DNA from: Lama guanicoe
Taxonomy: Eukaryota
Assembly (NCBI GenBank): GCA_013239625.1
Contig: MU053810.1
Coordinates: 5,488,071-5,552,070 of the forward strand
Length of the DNA stretch: 64,000 nucleotides
Direction: 5' to 3'
Shown: positions 13,072-26,255 of the stretch, piece after piece
Position numbering within the stretch: the stretch's first letter is position 1
Layout of the letters: every line of letters begins with the position of its first letter
Program-made: the position numbers and the translations under genes
The notes under the pieces: model-generated
Database searches by the model: none
What the model was told of the DNA's origin: nothing
The model's input: the letters and a program-made list of their open reading frames with translations, nothing else

Positions 13072-13319
13072 CTGAAAAAAAAAATGCTGTGCATATGCAG
13101 GTGAAACACAATACTTGGACTTGCCCAGAGCAGAGACATCTGTTAAGTGCCTCTGAGCAGTTTTATCTGGGAGTTTTGATTTCATTAGTTCAGTTCACAT
13201 TTCTGAACAGCCTAACTGATCCTTTTGTCAGCCTTAGACGGGATGACTTGAGTGTTGTTAGGGCTTGATAGAGAAGCATCCTTAGAGAAAGAAAGACTCC
13301 CTACCCAGCACACACAAGC

Positions 13320-13791
13320 ATGTCCCCCTCAATGAGGTCCACACTCAAAGCCCTCACCCTGTGAGTACGTTGCGTTACCTTACATGGCCAAAGGGACTTT
13401 GCAGATGTGATCTTGTTAAGGATCTTGAGCTGGGAAGATTATCCTGGATTATCCCAGTAGGTCTAATGTAATCACAAGGGTGACAGAGAGAATCAGAATT
13501 AGAGGAGATGGCGACAACAGAGGCAGAGGTCAGAGGGGTGCGTTTTCTGGCTTTGAAGTTGGAAAGGAGCCGTTGCCAAAGAATGCAGCAGCCCCTAAAA
13601 GCTGGAAAAGGCAAGGAAACAGGTTCTCCCCTGGTGTCTCCAGAAGGAACGCAGCCCTGCCAACTGATATTTTACCCTAGTAAGACTCATTCTAGACTTT
13701 CAAACTCTACAACTGTTAGATAATAAACGTGCGATGGTTTAAGCTGGTGAGTTTATGGTAATTTGTTGCAGCAGCAACAGGAAACTGATAC
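13320..13791 (+). mobile_element. MaLR solo LTR (MLT1C/D-like)
   Basis: ttacatggccaaagggactttgcagatgtga...agctggaaaaggcaaggaaacagg...gcagcaacaggaaactgataca. Confidence 0.85.
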
Positions 13792-14229
13792 AGGCACACA
13801 GTATGTCAAATTGCCCCCTGTGCATCTGTTGTATGTTTCTAGGTGAACCAGGAGGGAATGGCCAGAAGTTAGACTGCGATGTTGTTGTCTGTGTTCTTTT
13901 TTTTTTTTTTAACCGAAACAGTACAGAATGTGTTTAGTCTTTGGAGTTAGTCCTGTGATATGTCTCCTCCACCATGAAGTGAGAAGGTCAGCCAGACATC
14001 ATCTTCTCCAGCAAAGTGTATTCTAGGGCAGAGCATAGAATTTTTGTTTAAGAGAGATTCAAAGTCCTGGGAGGGTGAGTGAAGGTCTGGGGTTGGAAGT
14101 GTCCCTAGTTTCCTTTACGCAACAAGAACTTTCTTTTATTTTTATTTTGACCTTGGTTTTAAGTATGCATTGTTCTTTTGTTGATATTTCAACCGCAAAC
14201 CTGGTATTTTTTAATTTTTCAAATTAATT

Positions 14230-14470
14230 AATTTGTTATTGACATATAGTTGACTTACAATGTTACATTAATTTCTGGTGTACAGCATACTGATTCAGTT
14301 ATACATTTATACACACACACACACACACACACATACACATATTCTTTTTTATATTCTTTTTCATTACAGGTTAGTTCACGCCATTGAATGTAGTTCCCTG
14401 TGCTATACAGTAAGACTTTGTTGTTTATCTCTTCTGTACATAGTAGTTTGTATCTGCCAATCCCAAACTC
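14230..14470 (-). mobile_element. L1 3' UTR fragment with (CA)n
   Basis: ttattgacatatagttgacttacaatg...atctgccaatcccaaactc. Confidence 0.85.
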
Positions 14471-14699
14471 TCGACTGTTCTTGTATTAACCAGGAATTGG
14501 AAAGCAATCTGTGGGCATCCCTGAGTGGGTGCTGGTGGAGCATACGTGGAGAGCAGTCATTCACTGTGACACTGGGAGAGATGATCAGAAAGGATTCCCT
14601 GTTGGCTTTTCCACTCCAAGAATCCAGAGAACAGCTCAAGGTCGAAAACTGCTGTGCCCCCTGGGTCCTTGAGGGAAAAATCTTAGATAAAAGGCTGAT

Positions 14700-14935
14700 G
14701 CTTTAGTGGTTAAACACACAGGCTCCCCATTCAGACCTCCTAGAATTGACTCCGCGCTCCACCTCCCTAAGCTCTGTGAGCTTAAGCCAGTTAGGTAATC
14801 TTATCTATGCTCAGTTTTCCCGTGTAGTAAATGGGTACAAAAATATCAGCTTCAACGATGGGTGTGAAAATTACAAGAAAAAAATATAAAGTGCTCAACA
14901 CATAGTAAGGCCTCTATAAATGTGGAACTATTACT
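14700..14935 (+). mobile_element. MIR SINE
   Basis: tagtggttaa...ctcagttttcccgtgtagtaaatggg...aagtgctcaacacatagtaagg. Confidence 0.75.
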
Positions 14936-15043
14936 ATAATTATGAAAACCTTAGGAACATCAGAATTTGGAAAGGGGGAACCTATAAACTCCTAGTTCCC
15001 TATTTCTTTAAAATTTTTTTTACAGTATTGTCCCTACTTCCTC

Positions 15044-15739
15044 TGTTACATAAGTGAGCCAAAGTTGGCCTCTGTTTTGACCCCTATGTTGTTGATTTCC
15101 TCACTGAGGTTTGAAATCTGTTAGCTCAAAAGCTGGCTGGTGCCAAATTCGATTTTTTACGCATCCAGCTGTTTTAAACATAGCCCAAATGAGCAGAATT
15201 TTTAGCCCTTTCGAGCGGCCTGGTTTGCATAACCCATGCGATCTCACCTTACATCTGCTGGCTGTAGATAAGAGAGAACCTTGTGGTCAGAAGGCTCTGG
15301 CTGCTACAGCCATTTGAGGTCTCTGACCAGAGACTCCTCACCCCAAACACTGTTACCCCTCTGCCATTCCCCCTTCCCTGGGAGACCCCTTGTCCTCCCC
15401 TCCTTCTGAGCCATCACCTCTGGACAGACACCTGCTGTCAGATCAGAGTCACCTAACAGTTTGTGTGACCTCAGGGTATTATCTTTTTCTTTGATCCACT
15501 GCCAAATCAGCCCCTCAGACCCCAACATCCTCTTTTCCAATGGACACCAACTCTCATTAAAAGAACACTCACACATATTTTTGCTTCTCCCCCTCATAAT
15601 AAGCCAGAGAAAACCAAAGGACAGAAAAGTAAATGTCTTCTTGGCTTTAGAGTTGCCCAATTTGGGATATGAAGTGTTGGATATAGGAAGATCGTCAGGG
15701 ATGCTAAATATCCCAAGTGAATACATTCTTTCCATCACA
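15044..15739 (+). mobile_element. Probable solo ERV LTR (family not assigned)
   Basis: TG...CA termini (tgttacataag...ccatcaca), near-matching flanks cctc/cctt, AGTAAA polyA-like signal near the 3' end. Confidence 0.55.
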
Positions 15740-16599
15740 CCTTTTTAAAAAAAATCGTACGCTAAGATTTTAGGCATGTTTGTGGGTACTTTCCAAAATA
15801 AATCTACCAAAGAGAAACATGAAATTCCAACATATAAACTGAAGCTTAGAAAGTCAGTAGAAAGCCTCACTTCTCCAAGAGGGAATTAAGTTGACATTAG
15901 GACCCAAATGAGCTATTCCTTATGAAAGAGGAAAAATGTTTATATCAAACATAATGAGTTGGTTCTTTCAAAAAAAGGAAAATTCATAGTTCTGTTATTT
16001 CACCTTTGGAAATGTCTGGGTCATAAATGAGAATAATAAAATACTCTTGTGGTCTAATAGTAAAAATAAATAAATAAATTGGGCAAATACATTATTTTTT
16101 TGGAAGTACTTTATCCCTAACCAAATGACTCTCCCCAAGTTCCACTCTTTCTGATCTTAAACTTGAAAGACCATTTTTCTGTTCCATCTAGCATTCTTGT
16201 AGAGATCTCAGCTAATTAAATCAGGCAGGGAAAAGGGAAAAAATGAGATGGTCCCATCCTGTGCTTTGCCTTCATTGTTAATACAGTATTATGAAAAGCT
16301 GTACTTCTTTTGAAGAGATCTTTGAAAAGAATGTCTGTGATCTCATTCAACGTGTCTGAAATTCTTCCTGTTGTTCTGTTTTATAATTTTATATCTTTAT
16401 AGCCAACATCTTTTCACAGTCCATCACCACCCTTCCCCACTGTCCTCACTTTCCTTCTGACTCTGTTTAGGTTCCAGGATCCATGCACACAGGCATTCTC
16501 TCTCCCTCTCCCTCTTTGTCTGTCTCTCTCTCTCCACCCCCTGCTCTGTCCAGAACTCCTGAGAAATTCCAAGCCAGGCTAAATCTGATTCTCATGGAC

Positions 16600-18750
16600 T
16601 CTGCGCTTGGACTTGAGCAGATAAACATGGTGGAGGGAAGAACTGGGAACTGGTTTTCTCTAAGTTCGTGACCACAGATGTCACCTTGCCCAGAGTACTG
16701 CCTCTTAACCCTCTTTCCCTGGTCATTCCACTTGACCACTCCTGAGCGGCCTCATACGCCCTCCCTTGTCCTCAGCCTCCAAATCTTTTTCCTACCTTCT
16801 CACTCTAGTGATGACCTTTCTTCTAATTTCATCCTAGAAAATAAGAACTCTCCAAAAAGTCCTTCCTTACCACTACTTCCATTAAATCTGATAGTACCCA
16901 AATCCTCTGCCGTCCTTCCTGTTACAGTGGGTGAACTGACTGAGTCCATCTCAGCCCACCACATTGCTGGTGTAGGGGGTCCCATCCCCTTTGGCCCAAC
17001 CAAGAACATTGCTCCTACAATTAACTCTCGTCTCTCTTGAAGCATCCTTTCACCTACCTCTTTCCTATGATGCCTCTCATTGAAGGGGAAAAAATGCCTT
17101 ATTCCCATATTTTATGGCAGCTGTGCTTCCATTTTTCTTTGCTAAAGCAAATCTCCTTCAAGTTCTCTATTCACTGTATCAAGTTGTTTCCCTCCCTCTC
17201 ATTTTTTAAAATGTTTTTTGAAGAGTAATTTATTTATTTAGATTTGGGGGGGTAATTAGATTTGCTTATTTTTATTTAAATTTTTTTGAAGAATAATTTA
17301 TTTAGTTAGTTTTTTGTGGGGGGAGGGGAGGTAATTAGATTTGCTTATTTATTTATTTTTAGAGGAGGTCTGGGGATTGAACCCAGGGTCTCATGTATGT
17401 TAAGCATGCACTCTACTACTTGAGCTATACCCTCCACCTCCCTCCGTCTCTGAACTAAACTTAACTTTGATCAGACTTTTGACCTAGCCCCTCCATGGGC
17501 TCCAGTCTCTCATCATCGGGAGCCTCCACCTGGCCAGCTCTGATGATGGGTTCTCAGTCTGCATCTCACTCGTCCTCGCCTTGGTGTTGGACAAAGCCAG
17601 TCACTTCCTCTTCTTAAAGAACACCACACTCTCTCAGGTTTCTCCCTCCCTCACCGCTTACTCTTTTACTGGATCCTCCTTTTCTTCTATCTCTAACTGG
17701 TGAAATGCCTCCGGAATCAGTTTCTAGACCTCTTCTCTGTCCATATTTCTCCAGGGAATTTCACTAAAGGTCATGGTTGTAAAGGCCATCTATATGCTGA
17801 CTCTCAAGTTTGTGTTTCAACCCAAACCTCTTTTCTGGACTCTGGAATGAATACTAGATTGTCTACTTGACATCTTCACGTTGGTATCTTATAGGTCTCT
17901 CAAAATTAATCCCCCCTGCGCCGGAAAACTATTTTTTGTTTCCTCCAAGTCGGCTCCTCCCTAAGTGTTCCTCTTCTCAGTCAGTGGAACTACGATCCAC
18001 AGAGGTGTTCAGCCCTCAGTTGCCCCTTTCCCAAATTGGGCTCATTCTTGGCCCTTTTGTTTCTTTCCAACACAACATCCATCTATAGGTCCATTCTGTC
18101 ACTTTACCTTTAAGATGTATCCAGAATCCGACCACTCCTCAATATTTTCCCCTACTAAGGCTTTAGACCCAGCCCCTGTCTCTCACCTGAATTATTGGCA
18201 ATGGTCTCACAAATGATCTGTTTCTGTCTCTACCTTAGCCTCTTGCTTCTTCATTCAGCAGACAGAATGCCGCTTGTCAGATGTAAATCAAATCATGTAT
18301 TCTCCAATGGCTTCTCTTCACAATTAGAATAAAATCCAATCCTTACATTGACCTGAAGTTGCTAAATGATCAAGCCCCCAGCCACTCACAACTTCAGCCC
18401 CAGACACCTTCTTGCTTCCCCTCCCAGGGCACTTGCCTGGATTTTTGTTCCCTGAGATGGTCACTTGGTACCCTCCCTCCCTCTATCTTGCTCAAAGCTC
18501 ATCTTTCTAAAAGGCTTTCCCTGACCAACTTACGTAAAATAGAAATTTACCCCCTCCCTCTCTCATTCTTTAACCCGCACTTCACACAATGCAGGAAAAA
18601 ATGCATGGTGACACTTTTTAATATATGTTTCCATTCCCATTGTCTCCCTGGTTCCATGAAAGTAGAAATTTTGAGTTGTTCACTGGTGGATCTTCACTGT
18701 CTGGAATGTAGCCTGAAGGTACTCAAGAGATATTTGTTGAGTGAATGGAA
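16600..18750 (+). mobile_element. L2 LINE remnant (about 2 kb)
   Basis: Pyrimidine-rich L2 motifs (ccatctatatgctga, aaatcaaatcatg) and 3' tail gatatttgttgagtgaatg; interrupted by a SINE. Confidence 0.75.
17214..17436 (-). mobile_element. tRNA-derived SINE with duplicated 3' tail
   Basis: ggggattgaacccagg...tgagctataccctcc; tail unit present twice. Confidence 0.9.
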
Positions 18751-19839
18751 ACTCTAACAAATTATTATTTGCCTAGCAAATAATTGGAGACAGCAGTTAA
18801 GTCTTAACTGAGGCTGGTAACCCCAATTAATTTTGTCTTTCCCCAAGGCCTTATTCTTCAACATCACCATTGCATTTCTTCCCTAATCTCACACCAGGTT
18901 TTTAAATTTTTTTTTTACTTAAGTTAGGAAGCTCAGCATTAGACAAGTGTCTGACTGGTTGTCTTAATGGATTTAATTTTTTCTGTGTTTTTTATGAAAC
19001 TATCAAACTTTTTATTTTTTTTTAATTCTCATTACTAATTCATTTCTGCCTATTCTCTTTGTTTTAGTATAAACACTATCTTTATCTTTCCTCTCTTTTT
19101 TGCATTTATTTTCTCCAAAGGGATTTTTTCTTTTCTCACTAAATTTGTTTTGTATATCATTCTTGGTGCTTAGACTTTGGCCTGGTGTTTTCAGTGTCAA
19201 GGGTATTCATTCATTCATTCATTCATTTAACAAAAAAACCAATATTGAATGCCTGTTATGTATGAACAGTATAAGTTGAAAAGGACCCAACAATAGTAAA
19301 AACATAACTTGGTTTTTAGACTTGGGCCCAGTAGAAAACAGAAAGTTTGGCAATCTGAGAGAATATTTACATGAAATTCTCAAAAATGTCTTAAAGAGTC
19401 TACCCAAAATTTGGCTCTAAATGATTTTTTTTAACTTTGTTTCTAAATGGAAAAAGTTGGACATTTGTGAAACTATCTAAAGTCTTACTTAAGTGAATAT
19501 ATAGAAATATTGGCTACCCTCTTGGCCAATTATCACCTCATCTTGGCTAACATATACAGGAGGTACCCAGTAATCTTCTTGAATTGAATGGGGCCCACCA
19601 AAGCAACCCTTTCATTGCCTAACATAATTAAATTAATCTGGACACACTCAGTTTCATATAGGATAGAAAAGTATACTACATGGTTTCCTTTGAGAATAAG
19701 ATGAACTAAAAAAGCACATTAAAACTATAAACATGAAATGAACCCAAGGTGATAATGATGCCTAATATAGTAGTCCATTTTTTAGAGCAATTATGAAGTG
19801 ATTTTGGACATTTATTCTAATATAGACTATTCAGTAATT

Positions 19840-20148
19840 TTTTCATTGAGTTATAGTCAGTTTACAATGTTGTGTCAACTTCTGGTGTACAGCACAATGC
19901 TTCAGTCATACATGAATATACATATATTCATTTTCATATTCTTTTTCACCATGAGCTACTACAAGATATTGAATATATTTTCCTGTGTGTACAGTATAAA
20001 CTTGTTTATCTATTTCATATACACCACTCAGTATCTGCAAATCTCGGACTCCCAGTTTATCCCTTCCCACCCTTCTCCCCTCTGGGAACCACAAGCCTGT
20101 ACTCTATGTCTGTGAGTCTGTTTCTGTTTTATATATAAGTTCATTTTG
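19840..20148 (-). mobile_element. Young L1 3' fragment
   Basis: Same family as 1-250; TSD ttcagtaattttt on both sides. Confidence 0.9.
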
Positions 20149-21048
20149 TTCAGTAATTTTTGATCTGACTCCATTTCTCCTAAAATGCGTACAGACAGTT
20201 TGCTGTCCCCTTTTCAGCTTCTGCTTATGTCTAATCCTCCAAAAACAGTCTTAAAGAAATGTGAAAATTGGCCAATTTACTGATAAAGCCACAAGGCAAT
20301 TACTGTTTGACTGTCTTAACACCCCTTTTTTGAACTAATCCTTCAGGCCAGCCTGCCCACCCTTGGTTTTATCTGACAATTTTTGAAGTTGTCCATTCAA
20401 AATGTGGAGAGCACTTCAACAAGCAATGACTATGGAAGAAAGTTTTTTACTTTTGGACAGACTTAAGATTAAAGATGTCCAGATGGTTGTGACCATTGAA
20501 GAACTATACTACTGTTGAGTGCAGAACTAAAACCAAGACAGGTTGATTTTAAACCAGACAACATCCATCTTTGGCTTCCTTTGTCTGCATTTCCCCATCT
20601 CTACTGTCTTAAGCCCTCATTCTTAGACCCAACATCATGCAGGCTTCAGCTTCAATGCCCTCCCAGGTCTGTTCTTATTCCCCAAATGTCCGTTCAACTG
20701 AAGCTACCTGCCTCCTTCTCTTCCCATTTCTGTAATGTCTTCATGATTATTAGGTGTTTGGAAGAAAAGCCATTTATTTTAACTACAACTTTCAGCCTAG
20801 GTGGTGTGGACTTTCCTTCAGTTTTCTTATCTTTCATTGTATTTCCAGATTGATTATTGGATCTGTGTTGAACTAGCCACTTAAAATCAGTCTTAAGTCA
20901 TGGTCATCTAGTTTTTATCAAAAGCTCATCAATGAGAAGCAATATTCAGTGGTATTGTTTGAAGGACACAGAGTCCATTGCTGTCTGGAAGCCCAATGTT
21001 TGGGAGCAAGAGTTTAGGAGTTTGACAGATTTCAGTTCAAATTTCTGC

Positions 21049-23999
21049 ACAAATGGAAAAGCCAAAAAAGCAGATGTAGCAGTACTGATTTCAGACAAAA
21101 TAGACTTTAAAACAAAGGCCATAAAGAAAGATTAAAAAGGGCATTTTATAATGATTAAAGGAGCAATACAAGATGAGGATATTATACTCGTTAATATATG
21201 TGCACCCAATATAGGAGCACCTAAGTATATAAAACAATTACTAACAGAGGTAAAGGGGGATATTGATGGGAATACAATCATTGTTGGAGATTTTAACACC
21301 GCATTAACATCACTAGACAGATCTTCCAGACAGAAAATAAGTAAGGCAACAGAGAAATTAAATAATAAAGAAAAATTAGATTTGATGTATATTTTCAGAG
21401 TATTACACCCGCCAAAAAATAAGGTATACATTCTTTTCAAGTGCACATGGAACATTTTCTAGGATTGATCAGGTACTTGGGCACAAAAGAAGCCTCAACA
21501 ATTTAAAGAAGAATAGAAATTATCTCAAGCATCTTTACTGACCACAATGCCATGAAACTAGAAATCAACTATAGAGAAACAAAGGAGAAAAAAAGGAAAG
21601 CATGGAGATTGAACAACATGCTATTAAAAAACCAATGTGTCGATGATGAAATCAAAGTTGAACTTAAAAAATACCTTGAGACAAATGAAAATGAAAACAC
21701 AACCACATAAAATTTATGGGATACAGCAAAGGCAGTGCTAAGAGGGAAGTTTATAGCGATACAGGCCTTCCTCAACAAAGAAAAACAATCTCAAATAAAC
21801 AATCTAACCCACCGCCTAAAAGAATTAGAAAAAGAAGAGAAAGAAAAAAAGAGACACAAGGATGGTTCAACATACGCAAATTAATCAATGTAATACATCA
21901 CATCAACAAGAGAAAGGACAAAAACCACATGATCATCTCAATAGATGCAGAAAAAGCATTTGATGAAATTCAATACCATTTATGATAAAAACGCTCACCA
22001 AAGTGGGTATAGAAGGAACATATTTCAACATAATAAAAGCTATAAATGAAAAATCTACAGCCAGCATAGTACTTAACAGTGAAAAACTCAAAAGCTTCTG
22101 ACTAAAATCTGGAACAAGACAAGGCTGCCCACTATCACCACTCCTGTTCAACATAGTCTTGGAAGTCCTATCCACAGCAATCAGGCAAGAGAGAGGAAAA
22201 AAAGGATCCAAACTGGAAAAGAAGAGGTAAAAGTGTCACTATATGCCGATGACATGTTACTATACATAGAAAACCCTAAAAGGTCCACACAAAAACTACT
22301 AGAGCTGATCAAAGAATTCAGCAAGGTAGCAGGCTTCAAGATTAATGTTCAAAAATCAGTTGAATTTCTTTACACTAACGATGAATCAACAGAAAAAGAG
22401 AGTAAAGAAACAATCCCCTTTAAAATAGCACCCAAAGTAATAAAATACCTAGGAATAAATCTAACCAAGGTGGTGAAAGAATTATACACAGAAAACTATA
22501 AACCATTGACCAAGAAAATTAAAGAAGACTTTAAAACATGGAAAGGTATCCCATGGTCCTGGATTGGAAGAATCAATATTGTTAAAATGGTCACACTGCC
22601 CAAGGCAATCTACAGATTTAATGTAATCCCTATGAAATTACCCAGGACATATTTCACAGAACTAGAACAAATCATAATCAAATTTATATGGAACCACAAA
22701 AGACCTAGAATTGCCAAAGCATTACTGAAGAGAAAAAAAGAGGCTGGAGGAATAACTCTCCCAGACTTCAGACAATACTATAGAGCTACAGTAATCAAGA
22801 CAGCATGGTATTGGCACAAAAACAGATATATAGACCAGTGGAACAGAATAGAGAGCCCAGAAATGAATCCACAAACTTTTGGTCAACTAATCTTTGACAA
22901 AGGAGGCAAGAATTTACAATGGAATAAAGACAGTCTCTTCAGCAAATGGTGTTGGGAAAACTGGACAGCAGCATGTCTGTCAATGAAGCTAGAACACTCC
23001 CTTACACCATACACAAAAATCAACTCAAAATGGATCAAAGATTTAAAACCATATATCATAAAAAGAAAAAAACAAACAACCCAATCCAAAAATGGGCAAA
23101 AGACCTAAACAAGCAATTCTCCAAGGAAGAAATGATCAATAGACACATGAAAAAATGCTCAATATCACCAACTATCAGAGAAATGCAAATCAAAACTACA
23201 ATGAGGTATCACCTCACACCAGTCAGAATGGCCATCATTCAAAAGTCCACAAATGACAAATGCTGGAGAGGCCGTGGAGAAACAGGAACCCTCCTACACT
23301 GCTAATGGGAATGCAGTTTGGTGCAGCCACTGTGGAAAACAGTATGGAGATTCCTCAAAAGACTAGGAATAGACTTACTATATGACCCAGGAATCCCGCT
23401 CCTGGGCATATATCCAGAAGGAACCCTACTGCAAAAAGACACCTGCACCCCAGTGTTCATAGCAGCACTATTTACAATAGCCAAGACATGGGAACAGCCT
23501 AAATGTCCATCAACAGATGACTGGATAAAGAAGATGTAGTATATTTATTCAACAGAATACTATTCAGCCATCAAAACTGACAACATAACGCCATTTGCAG
23601 CAACATGGATATTCCTGGAGAATGTCATTCTAAGTGAAGTGAGCCAGAAAGAGAAAGAAAAATACCATATGAGATAGCTCATAGGTGGAATCTAAAACAC
23701 AAAACAAAACATAATTACAAAACAGAAACAGACTCATAGACATAGAATACAAACTTTTGGTTGCCAAGGGGGCAGGGGGTGGGAAGGGACAGACTGGGAT
23801 TTCAAAATGCAGAACAGATAAACAAGACTATACTGTATAGCACAGGGAAATATATACAAGATCTTATGGTAGCTCACAGAGAAAAAAATGTGACAATGAA
23901 TATATGTATGTTCATGTATAACTGAAAAATTGTGCTCTACACTGGAATTTGATACAACATTGTAAAATGACTATAACTCGAAAAAAAAAGTTAAAAAAA
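21049..23999 (+). mobile_element. 5'-truncated L1, ORF2 remnants (EN, RT, C-terminus) with two internal deletions, inserted into a MIR
   Basis: EN motifs NTIIVGDFNT and TDHNAMKLE, RT motif YADDM, C-terminal KDTCTP; stops and frameshifts; polyA; TSD-like aaatttctgc / aaattctgc. Confidence 0.97.
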
Positions 24000-25079
24000 T
24001 TCTGCTGCTTACAAGTTGTTCGGCTGGGACCAAGTAGGTAAACTCTTAAGGCTGTCTCCTCATTAGTAACCCAGGGTTGACTAATAACAAGACCTTCTTC
24101 AGAGCTGATGTGAGGATTAAAGGAATAGTGCTTGCTCACTGTCTGCATCAGCAGACGTTAACTCCTTTGATTGTTGTTGTTATTTCTCATGGATCAAGTC
24201 ATCTCTATATGGAGTTAGGTACCCTGTCTGGGTACCACTCTCCCCTAACTCCCCCTGGATTATTTTATTGAATGTTGCTGTGGTGTGAGACTTGTAGTTT
24301 TCAGTAATTAGCCTAAGAAGCAGTTCTTTAAAACTCACTGTGGCATTTACCGTAACGATGCCGTCAGGAGTGCTGTTCACCACGCTACACAATGTTCCTT
24401 TTTATGGGGCCCTCCAGGAGGATTCAGTGTCTGGTGTTAGTGCCAAGCAGAGTCGTTCTTTTGAGCATTTGGTTTATTTTAAGCTTACAGACAGTAAATT
24501 ATATAACTGACCGAGTTTCCCTTTTTGAGTTGGCTGCTAGAAAGCTTACAGCCAAATGTACGGCTCATGTAGGAAGTATGTTGATTATTAGGGGCTACAT
24601 TTCCAGTCTCCATTTTGTGTCCCCAGCTTTATTGTACTGTTTTTTTCTTTTAATTCCTCCTTTTTCTTTCATGCAACTTAGATGTAATTTTTAAATTTAT
24701 TCTTGCAAATTGCCTTAAATTATTTCTGAACTAAGATGAGAAATAGATAGAAAAATAGACTATGAAAGAAAGTTTGAAATAATTTAACCTGTGTAAATAG
24801 CTTAGAGTTTGTATATCTAAAAGATGTTTCATTTTTATAAGAAGATATCTGTTACAGAAATGGAATTTTCCAATGGGTCAGATTTCAGATTTTGCATGAA
24901 AGAGAAAGGAAGTGCAGGATGGGAATGCTCTGCAGAAAGATCAGCATGATTGGGGAAACCAGTAGAGGAATCACTGAGCTCAGGGCAGATGAGCTGTTGT
25001 ATGATTGGATTAGTTGATTAATGAATCTTTATTGTGTACTTCCCCAGAATCAGGTTATAAAAAGAATTTTTACATTTCA

Positions 25080-25310
25080 TGGAGAGTATAGGAAGACTGT
25101 GGACTCAGAAGCCAAACTCCTGGATAGAAATTCTAGTTCTGTGATTTCCTTGGTCAATTTACTTCTTTGTGCCTCAATTTTGTTGTTGTTGTTTATAAAA
25201 TGGAGATAAAAGTAGTGCTTACCTCATAGAGTTCTCAGGGGAATCAAAGGTTACTCTGTACCAAGTGTTTAGAACAGTGACTGGCACTTGGTAGGAGTCA
25301 ATGCATATTA
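25080..25310 (+). mobile_element. MIR SINE
   Basis: gtgcctcaatttt...tataaaatggagataaaagtagtgcttacctcatagag...tttagaacagtgactggcac. Confidence 0.8.
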
Positions 25311-25698
25311 ACTTCTCTTTGCCTTTGCCAGTGGAGCCCACGGGTTTTCAAAGAGATGCCACTTGTCAATTTTGTAAATGAACTGCAGATTCGGGTTAGT
25401 CAGAGAATGGCAGGGCTGATACTGATGGCAATCTTTATGCCAAGAAAGGATTTTAGTAAAAATATATATTTGGTTTATACGTATGTTACCAAATTCCCAA
25501 ATCTATCCTGAGGTTGCATGGCGACTTCAGAGAAAATGTGTGTTTTTCTTTCTTGGTCTTTCCAAACAAACAGGAAAGCAATAGAACTTCTGTGAAATAT
25601 TTTATCAGGTTATCATCATAGATTTGTTCATGAAATGTTGCACCATGAATAATGTGTCTTGTCTTTTTTCACCGAAGGGTTAGTGTTTTCTTTCTTAC

Positions 25699-25864
25699 AT
25701 ACATGTTGTATTTCCTTAGAGCTAGGAATGAGTGAAAGGAACCGATCAAATGTATTTCCTGAAAAAAGTGTCATTTGGAAAAATTGTACACACAAATGTT
25801 CTTGGCTGTCCTCTTCTCTTTATTCAATTCCTCTACCTCCCATAATAAAGAAGCTTTGTCTCGC
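25699..25864 (-). pseudogene. Putative decayed exon, RGS helix 4-6-like
   Basis: Acceptor ttttattttctttcaacactgaatag, donor TAT|gtaaga. SLLWEVEELNK then, after a frameshift, NTFDRFLSLIPSSKEIQH. Confidence 0.45.
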
Positions 25865-26141
25865 CTATTCAGTGTTGAAAGAAAATAAAAGTTCTACAGA
25901 AATTAAGCAGGTCTACCAAGTAGAAGACTGGGGGATGTAGGTTCAGGGAGAGAGAATCAGGAAGCTGAGGGCCTGGAAAGGGAGTTTTTGATGTTTCTGT
26001 TTGTGTTGGAGATCGAAGGCAGGCTTTAGGGTAGAATAGAATCATGGAGGGAAGGAAAAGGATTTTTGAGAAATGTGGGTTGTAGGATTCTCTGTTGTGC
26101 TCTTTGAGGTACTCAGTGAAAGACTGGTGTTTGATACTCAC

Positions 26142-26255
26142 TTTTTGCTGTTGGATTGTACTTCTTTCAATATGACTGAGCTGTAAGAGACCTGGGATTT
26201 ATTAGGGTTACATAGTCTTCTCACAATCTTGAATGGTACCATGTGTATTCTAACT
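26142..26255 (-). pseudogene. Open 114-bp symmetric exon candidate, RGS start-like
   Basis: ttttgtgttacag|...|gtgagt; phase 2-2, stop-free VRIHMVPFKIVRRLCNPNKSQVSYSSVILKEVQSNSK; splices in frame to 25864. Confidence 0.5.

Noticed and set aside
20402..20518. Plus-strand peptide MWRALQQAMTMEESFLLL loosely like an RGSL1 segment
   Set aside because: Wrong strand for the model and no splice sites. It also shows that chance resemblances occur, which is why the relic calls have only moderate confidence.
22233..23108. 291-aa ORF as a host gene or active RT
   Set aside because: Fragment of a disrupted, internally deleted L1 ORF2.
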